Of a DNA stretch of 64,000 bases, positions 54,311-64,000 are shown piece after piece; within the stretch, counting starts at the first letter, position 1; each line of letters starts with the position of its first letter. The position numbers were made by a program, and so were the translations under genes. A model generated the notes under the pieces. It had not been told where the DNA came from, made no database searches, and worked only from the letters and a program-made list of their open reading frames with translations. This stretch comes from the human T2T-CHM13v2.0 reference genome, Homo sapiens. The stretch lies in the NCBI RefSeq assembly GCF_009914755.1, contig NC_060928.1; one strand, 5' to 3'.

Positions 54311-56510
54311 TGTGTTAGTCTGTTTTCACACTGCTATAAAGAAATATCTGAGACTGGGTAACTTATAAAAGAAAGAGATTGCATTGACTCACAGTTCCAC
54401 ATGGCTAGGGAGGCCTCAGGAAACTTACAATCATGGTGGAAGACAAAGGGGAAAGAAGCACCTTCTTCACAAGGCGGCAGGAGAGAGAAGAGTGAAGGAG
54501 GAACTTCCAAACACTAATGAAATAATCAGATCTTGTGAGAATTCACTCACTATCATGAGAACAGGATGGGGGAACCACCCCCATGATCCAATCACCTCCC
54601 TCCCTCGACATGTGGGGGTTACGGCTTACTCCCTCGACATGTGGGGATTACAATTTGCGATAAGATTTGGGTGGGGACACAGAGCCAAACCATATCATTC
54701 TGCCCTGTCCCCTCCCAAATCTCATGTCTTTTCACATTTCAAAACCAACCATGCCTTCCTGACAGTCACCCAAAGTCTTAACTCATTTCAGCATTAACTC
54801 AAAGTCCACAGTCCAAAGTTTCAACTGAGACAAGGCAAGTCGCTTCCACCTATGAGTCTGTAAAATCAAAAATAAGTTAGTTACTTCCTAGATACAGTGG
54901 GGATACAGGCATTGGGTAAACGCTCCCATTCCAAATGGGAGAAATTGGCTAAAACAAAGGGGCTACAGGCCCTATGCAAGTCCAAAATCCAGCATGGGAG
55001 TCATTAAATCTTAAAGCTCCAAAATGATCTCCTTTGACCCCATGTCTCACATCTTGGGCATGCTGATGCAAGGGTGGGCTCCCATAGCCTTGAGCAGCTC
55101 CTTCATGGACTGGCATTAAGTGTCTGTGGCTTTTCCAGGTGCATGGTGCAAGCTATCGGTGGATCAACCATTCTGGAGTCTGAGGGACGGTGGCCCTCTT
55201 CTTGCAGCTGTACTAGGCAGTGACCCAGTGGGGATTCTGTGTAGGGGCTCCAACCCCACATTTCCCCTCTGCATGGCCCTAGCTGAAGTTATCCACAAGG
55301 GCTCCACCCCCTGCAGCAGACTTCTGCTTGGACATTCAGGCATTTCCGTACATCCTCTGAAATCCAGGCGGAGGCTCCCAAAGCTTGACTCTTGTCTTCT
55401 GCACACCCATAGGCCCAATACCATGGAGAAGCCACCAAGGCTTGGGGTTTGCACCCTCTGAAGCAACTGCTCAAGCTGATACCTTGACCTCTTTTAGCAG
55501 TGGCTGGAGCTGGCGCATCTGGGACACAGGGCACCATGTCCTAAGGCTGCACACAACAGCGGGGGCCCTGGGCCTGGCCCATAAAACCATTTCCTTCCTA
55601 AGCCTCTGGGCCTGTGATGAGAGGGGCTGCAACGAATTTCTCTGACATTCCCTGGAGACATTTTCCCCATTGTTTTGGTGATGACCATTCGTCTTCTCGT
55701 TACTTACGCTAATTTCTGCAGCCACCTTGAATTTCTTTTTGGAAAATGGGTTTTTCTTTTCTACCACATGGTCAGGCTGCAAATTTTCCAAACTTTTATG
55801 CTCTTCCTCCCTTTAAAACATAAATTCCAATTTCAGATAATGTCTCTCAAGTTCAAAGTTCCACAGATCTCTAGGGCAGGGGCAAAATGCTGCCAGTCTT
55901 TTTGCTAGAGCATAGCAAGAGTCACTGTTATTCCAGTTACCAAGAAGTTCCTCATCTACATCTGAGACCACCTCAGCCTGGACTTCATTATCCATATCAC
56001 TATCAGCATTTTGGTCAAAACCATTCAACAAGTCTCTAGGAAGTTCCAAACTTTCCCACATCCTCCTGTCCTCTTTTGAGCCTTCCAAACTGTTTCAACC
56101 TCTGCCCATTACCTAGTTCCAAAGTTGCTTCCACATTTTCAGGTTATCTTTATAACAGTGCCCCACTCTACTGGTACCAATTTCCTGTATTAGTCCGTTT
56201 TCACACTGCTATAAAGAAATACCTGAGACTGGGTAATTTATAAAGGAAATAGGTTTAATTGACACACAGTTCCATGTGACTGGGGAGGCCTTAGGAAACT
56301 TACAATTATGACGGAAGTTGAAGGAGAAACAAGCACCTTCTTCACAAAGGTGGCAGGAGAGAGAAGAGGGAAGAAGGAACTCCCAAACACTTATAATGAG
56401 AACAGCATGGGGGAAACTGCTCCCATGATCCAATCACCTCCCTTTCTCAACATGTGGGGATTACAATTGGAGATGAGATTTGGGTAGGGACACAGAGCTA
56501 AACCATATCA
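54311..56510 (-). mobile_element. Full-length THE1D-type MaLR provirus (LTR 54311-54697, internal 54698-56185, LTR 56186-56510) inserted in an L1MA 3' fragment
   Basis: Two LTRs; TSD cttag/gttag; internal ORF remnant MEGSKEDRRMWESLELPRDLLNGFDQNADSDMDNEVQAE; L1MA tail sequence on both flanks. Confidence 0.88.
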
Positions 56511-58170
56511 GTTAGCATATCATCACCTTGAATATTTGTTATTTCTTCGTGCTGTGAACATTAAAATTCAGCTTTTCTACCAAAGCTAATATTTTTAACC
56601 ACTTCTCCCATGTATTTCCTGAGGATGGTAGTTGGGAGTAATGTGGGCTTTTTATAGGCAGCAAACCTCAAAGACAGGGTTCCAAAATTCTGAATAATGA
56701 AGATTTGATGTCACTCATCTGGAGGTGAATGAAGCTGTTTCTCTGGTCAGCATTAGCCCCCTTGCAAACATCCCACAGGTGCACATGTTAAATCCCATGC
56801 CCTGAGCTCAGCCAGACATGGTGGACAGAGGAGACTCCTAGCACTAGAAGTAGAATCCAGTGAGAGGCCATGGCTGTGCAGTGGTGAACTACTTAGCCAA
56901 CCATCTCTCCGCTGGTTTGCCGTGGCCTTTCAACTCAGATGGATTACATCTTTGGCCAGAAGTACTTTTCAGCCTCTGGTGTTTCTTAATTCAGTAGAGT
57001 ATTTCACAAGCTTAAGAGTTAGAGGCATAATCAACATGTCTCAAAATCAATTCCCTCCTTCAGAGGCTACTGACTGGTTTGTTTACTTTTGGATTCTGCG
57101 GATTAAACACCATTTCAAATAGTTCTTTGAGGGTTTTTTTTTTTCCATTCTGTGCTTTTCTCTCTCTCTCTGCCCTTCTAATTCTTCCACCGTATCATCA
57201 AATGTACGCCTTTTCTGTTCCTTCTTGTTATGACCTTTCTTCCTGGTGGTCTCTGAGAGCTAGTGTTGAGTGACTTTGTGGGTGCCATGTCATAACCCAG
57301 ATTCCTGCACTGAGCGGATTTCCTCATGGCTTCTTGAATGGAGATGTGCTGAAAATGCTAAGTATACCATGCAGGTATTTGACTGGGCTTCCCATGGACA
57401 TACTTCAAACCAGCAGTCTCTGAGCTCTTGTGGTTCACACTGGTATTCAGGCCTGAATACAAATCAGGCCTCCATGTTCTTCAAGAGGTGTCAGCATTCA
57501 TGAAAGTTGAATATGAGTGAGCCACTCTTATTTTTATAATTTCATTTAAATAATATAATTTATTATCATAAATTTACATGTTACTCTACTGCAAATTAAG
57601 CCATACCAGGCTTAGCTCCAAGCACAAAGTATACCCCTTGCGAATATTATTCTTTTCATAGAGACTCTTAGGAAGGACATAGATTATATTTAAATATTTT
57701 AAGAAGTCATTTATTTTCAGAGAATTCAGGGACTTAACCACTGTGATATTTGTCCAGCCTTCCCTAGGTCCTACAAAGCAGACAATGTCAGGCTAGATGG
57801 GATAGTGCAGTTCATTTATTTATTCATCACATTTATATTGAGTACCTCTGTGTTCCAGGCGCTGTTGCATGTTAGAGTCGGGGGAGAGTAGAGATGGACT
57901 CAGGCCATGCCTTAACTACAGATTATGTCACTTGACTCCACAGCAGAGGCCAGGTGTTCAGAAGTAAACCCACTTAGCAATGGACACAGGGGGAAATGTC
58001 TTCTCACAGAGTGACTGGTTTGACACTGAGGAGAGATTTAGGACGGAAACACAACAGAGCCTGTGGACGTTCTGGCTACTCTGGGATCTCCTGCCTTGGG
58101 GCCGCCTGCCTGAAGCCACATCTGCCCTCTTACTTAGGACTGGGGGTTCCTGCAGGTGCTGCCACCCAGA

Positions 58171-58189
58171 GGGCCACCAGAGGGTGCTT
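58171..58189 (+). promoter_or_regulatory. Candidate CTCF site
   Basis: GGGCCACCAGAGGGTGCTT versus consensus TGGCCACCAGGGGGCGCTA. Confidence 0.55.
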
Positions 58190-60959
58190 TCCTCTTTTCA
58201 GGTTATGCCTTTTTGAAATGCAGCTCCTCATACTTTTTAAAACTGAGCTTCCCAGGCCCTGGAAAGTTCAGTACATTGCACTGCAAGCTGAAAGACTTGA
58301 TTCTAGGTGAGAGAAAGGCACAATCTACTGTGTCTATATTTCTGTGTTTTTTTCAAATGTCTGTCTCCAATGACTGTAGTCTGAAGACAAGGTCTTGTCT
58401 TGGTGCTCCTCCCTCTTCCCTGGGATTCACTTCAAGTTTGGCACATGAGGGGCCCTTCGTAAATATCTGTGAGTTTAAAGAACCAATTTGACTGCAAGTC
58501 CTAACTCCAGTTTTCAAGTGTTCTGACCATGAGAATCATCCGGGGTCAACCCGCCCTGAGATTCTTACCCAGTAGGTCTGGGGCGGGGCTGGGAATGTGA
58601 TTCAGGGAAGAAGCCCTCTTGTTCTGACTTGAGGACTGCTGCCCAGCTGTTCCTGCCCTGCTCATGGCTGCTCAAGGGTAAGAAACACATCCCTGCTTCC
58701 TGGACCTGCCACTGAGAGCCCTTCAATGTGACCCAGCCAGCCTTCCCCCCCTCCCCTTCCTGTTCCTCTTCTCATGAGCATCTCTTCCTGTCACCCAGTG
58801 CTACAAGGGGAGGGAAACATTCCCAGAGATGCCTTCACCTGCTGGTCCTGAGAGGGCACCAGGGAAGATACCTCCAACATAACCAGGTCTTGGTTACCCC
58901 CCACCCCACAGGGTTGACCTCTTCTGCAGGCTGGTACTCAGGGTGCCACCTGCTTCAGTGACACTTAAATACTTAAATGAACATAGATGCTAGAAGCCAC
59001 TCTGAAGTTGAGGAGGGCCTGCCTCATACACCAGAGACTTATAATATTGCCTCCTAAGAAACCTATTTTCCAGTCTTTTGAGAAGAAGATGCATGTGCAT
59101 CATGATGACTTTGGTGGAGAATAACTTTTGATAAAGAGGACTCCTTTTGTTCTGTGGTTTGGCCTTGCTGGAGTAGTGTTGGTCATATGAAGAGCTTGGG
59201 ACTCAGAGTCAGGTGGTGCTGCACAAACCTGAGTGAGTGTGCACTTCATTGAGTGTGTCTGTGGACACATCAGTTAACCTCTTTGAGTCTTATTTTTTTC
59301 CTACCAGATTAGAGAACAATATCCACTTCACAGGGTTATATGTAGACTTGCTTTTAGTTAGTTGTAAAATTGTCAGCTTATATTCAACGTCAATATAAGA
59401 AATAGCTTTTGAAATGTGTATTTGAAACTCTATTTATGGATGTTGTGGAGGGAGTTGTTTTGTCCATCATGTATGGTTCCTCTCCACTGGAGAAATGCTT
59501 ATTTGGCCTTTATACCAGGAATAGCTTCACATCTCTTGCTGTGCTTTAATCTTATGGATTTGGTAATTTGCATAACTGACTGGTTTTCTTTGTTTGAACT
59601 AGCTGCTAGAAAGCCTAGAGCCAAGTGTGCGGTTCATCAGTATCAAGTGTGCATGTCATTATGTTATACATTTTTGGCCTCATACATGGATCAGTTTACA
59701 CCGTTGCAATTTTTAAAAAAATTGCTCTCACTTTTTATTTATTGTATTTTGTGTAGTTAAGTATTCCTCTAAGCTGCTTTTATCTTTCTGAAATGAGATA
59801 GGATAAAATAAAAATAAATTTGTTACCAAATAAATGAGCAAATACATTTAAAGCAGTTTTCACAGTGCCTGGCCAACAGTGAATTATATACCACAATGGT
59901 TAGTTTTAATCTTCCTTGTAAATGAGCCTAATTATCCTCTGTGGATCCCAATTTGCCCCTCATGGATTATATTATAAAGGGTGCGGTAAGGTGATTCTCA
60001 CAAGGACAAGTTTCCCAACCTGGAAAGGTGTTACTGCATTAGGTCATAGCAGGTAGAACTCTAAAACAAGCTGAGAGCCCAAATGGCCAATCTCTGCATG
60101 GAATTTCCTATAAATATGCCCAGCCTAAACCAAACGTAATTTAAGTGATTTTAATCTTTACACAAGCCTCTCAAAACACATTAAAGGAGAACTTGTTCTT
60201 ATCTGCCAGCTATACATCATAAAATCTTGTTTCTTCTCCTTTCTAATTCTCTTTGAATCACTACTTCCCAACATGTCTACTGACATCCCCCCTTGTGCCC
60301 TGCATCTCCCAGCTCTTTCTTATGTAGACTGACCTAGCTTCTCTGGTTAGTCTCCCTGTTTTCTCACACCTCTCTGGACTTCTTACCCATTCTCTGATTC
60401 TGTATCATAAAAGATTTACGAATGGGCTGACAAAGATAATTCTACTTGTGGGTGGATTGGGGCATTTTCACATGCTAATAAATCTTTGCTGTCATCTAGG
60501 AACTAAAGGGCGATGAATGCTGTGTGGTAGAAGAGGAGAGAACTCTGGCATGTGGCTTTATGTCAGGAGTACACACTTGAGCTATGGGATTTGGAAAGAG
60601 GCATGTTGGGGCAAAGATGACAGAACTTTGTTCTTCTGGTCCTGCCTCTATCCAGGCTTCCCTTGCCCCAGGATAGGGGACTTTATGGAGAAGGTAACCT
60701 GGAAGTGGAGTCACGATGCGTTTGTACTGAATAGGGCTGAAGGGATTGGTGCAAAGTTAGGGGATAATGACGGAGCGAATGATCCATCCTACTCTTGGCT
60801 TCCTGTGGACTGTGTGGGAATGGCCATGCAGACTTGTCTGCCCTCTGGGTAGAGGAAGGAGGAAAGAAACAGTCTCAGATTCATTAGACACAATTTCCTG
60901 ATGAAAATGGAAGTATCCATATACTACTTGTTTTTTTGGTTTGAGAAATCCAGTAAATA

Positions 60960-61054
60960 TTAGGTTGATGCAAAGGTAATTGCGATTGTTGCCATTACTT
61001 TTAATGCCATTACTTTTAACGGCAAAAACCGCAATTAACTTTGCACCAACCTAA
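60960..61054. mobile_element. MADE1 (Hsmar1-derived MITE) with internal 15-bp duplication
   Basis: ttaggttgatgcaaaggtaattgcg...ccgcaattaactttgcaccaacctaa inverted repeats; TA TSD on both sides. Confidence 0.92.
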
Positions 61055-61141
61055 TAGTATGTCAATGTATTGCAAACCTATATACTTATGTGTGTTACAT
61101 CAACTTTAGGATCCCTGATCAAGTCTTTGGTGTAAGGATCA

Positions 61142-62400
<1,259 letters not shown>

Positions 62401-62851
62401 TTCCCAGATTTTAGTTTGATCACACTACCTCATAAATGTTAGAAAACATCTTCTGGCCAAATATGGTCTCAGCATTTGTTCTTTTGGTTCTGCAATTAGT
62501 GACAGACCATAGTACCATAGTAGCATCTCTGGAATGTTCTTCTGAGCCGAAGAATTTAAAAGATGTCATACATAATCAGAGATAAACTGCATTCTTGAGG
62601 CTTAGCAGATAAATGCTCCAATTTGTTAAGAAGTTTTATGGGAGACTTTCATTTTGGCCACCCAGTATTTACTTCCTGTGGCAATAACGCCATGTTAAAC
62701 AAATTATGAATGGGAAAGATGATCATTCTGAAATGGGAATGTAGAAGCTCTAGGTCTGGGCCAGATGGATAGAAGCTGCTGTCACTTGGTGTTGGGAATG
62801 ATTTGGACTCTGCACACACAGTTGGGATTCCCTTCAAGGTTATTGGACTAC

Positions 62852-62965
62852 CTTAGACCAGAGGTTTGGCTTGATGGTTATGTCACCATCACCAGCGGGA
62901 AGGGCAGCATGGTGGCACCGTCTCTCAGTGGCCTTCCCGACGCCTCCAATGCGATTTCTGTTCAT
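62852..62965 (-). other. Candidate 114-nt internal exon (probably non-coding)
   Basis: Acceptor ctttatttctttaaag|ATG and donor AAG|gtagtc; GC/CpG-richer than its flanks; no recognisable repeat. Confidence 0.3.
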
Positions 62966-63469
62966 CTTTAAAGAAATAAAGTCTGATTTAGAGCTTTGTA
63001 TTTCTTTCTTAGTGTTCGTTATAAAAGTGACCATTAAATATGAGGTTTTAGTGACTAAAACAGTTGGAGGCTACAGCTGGGCTGACAGCTTTAGTGGAGA
63101 GTTTATTTTCTTTCTTTTTTTCCCTCCTGCCTGGCTTCAGCTTTAAATTAGATTGTAATAATCATAACAAAGCTTCTCCCTGCCCTTAGTTGAAAGCACA
63201 TTGCAGACCTGAACTCTTTCTGAGACTTTATTTATGACGGAATCCCACACCATTTTAGAGCTTTCATCTTCCATGTGCTCAGCATTTTATGGGTCTCCGT
63301 TTTCTGTAGCATTTCTGAAACCATGGTTCAAAACAATGTCAATTCCCTCAGGCACCAGAAAGATCTAGGAAGAGTGTGTCCCGCTCTCCTCATTGTTTGC
63401 ATAGATGTGTTGACACTGTCATTGTGTTAACTCTGGAATACACAGTAAAGTGGGTTAGTTAAGGCTTTA

Positions 63470-63715
63470 ACTAACTTTGACTAGTATGGCTTTGCAGCCT
63501 TATTTCCTGGGTATATTCCCAACTTAGGTACTTATTAGCTGTGTGACCTTAGATACCTTAGCAAACGTTTCTGTATTACATCTTCCTAGTTGTGAAGAGA
63601 GAACAATGGTAGCACTGACCTCCAAGAGTGGTTGCGAGGATTAAACGAGTACTTTCAGCACTTGGAAGAATTCTTTGCAGCAGTAAGTGCTTAACAAATG
63701 TGAGTTGTTGGTATT
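63470..63715 (+). mobile_element. MIR
   Basis: acttattagctgtgtgaccttag...ggttgcgaggattaaacgag. Confidence 0.65.
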
Positions 63716-64000
63716 ATCCCAGAAGTTCATGAATTGATGAAACTGGATGGTCGAGTAGTCATAAAATAATCCTCCTTTACTTGGTCTGCTTGTTTGTGCT
63801 TGCTAATGGTATGGTTAGAAGATTTTAAAGGTTAGACAACCACAGTCAATTGGTGGCTACACTGAATTATCATTTCCTGGAGACAGCAGGAGGCAGTGTA
63901 GTTTAGCTGTTAAGAGCATTGGGTTTGGAGTCAGAAAGCCTAGTCGAGCATCAGTTCTGTTTCTTACATGGCCTCTTAGTGGCTCAGTTCCCTCATCTGT

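Noticed and set aside
54600-54647. gacatgt motifs as a p53 response element
   Set aside because: The flanks do not fit RRRCWWGYYY; more simply explained as CpG-decayed THE1 consensus gacacgtgggg
54384-56433. Second ORF cluster, paralogous to the one at 46-48 kb
   Set aside because: THE1D internal and LTR sequence; the similarity reflects the repeat family, not a gene duplication

Overview
Primate (very likely human or hominoid) genomic DNA: CpG-depleted, repeat-dense, intergenic or intronic. I find no supportable protein-coding gene, RNA gene, CpG island or CRISPR array, and most ORFs in the supplied track are Alu-, L1- or LTR-derived or chance ORFs. The window holds about 17 Alu/FLAM copies, L1PA/L1MA/L1MB pieces, long L2 relics, MIR and L3, and DNA transposons (MER58A, Tigger2, MER5, MADE1). 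It also holds many LTRs: solo MER41B, LTR27/28-like, MER4A1-like, MST, MLT1 and LTR16, plus two full-length MaLR proviruses (THE1A, THE1D). The best leads are regulatory: a MER41B with an intact tandem STAT1 GAS pair, DUX4 sites in both THE1A LTRs, a strong CTCF motif, a perfect NF-kB site, a TEAD/MEF2/CArG/E-box cluster, a MADE1 (miR-548-type) hairpin, an 80-codon ORF inside a solo LTR, and a few candidate lncRNA exons. Repeat subfamily names come from recalled consensus sequences, and boundaries of old elements are approximate. No novel biological system can be established from the sequence alone.
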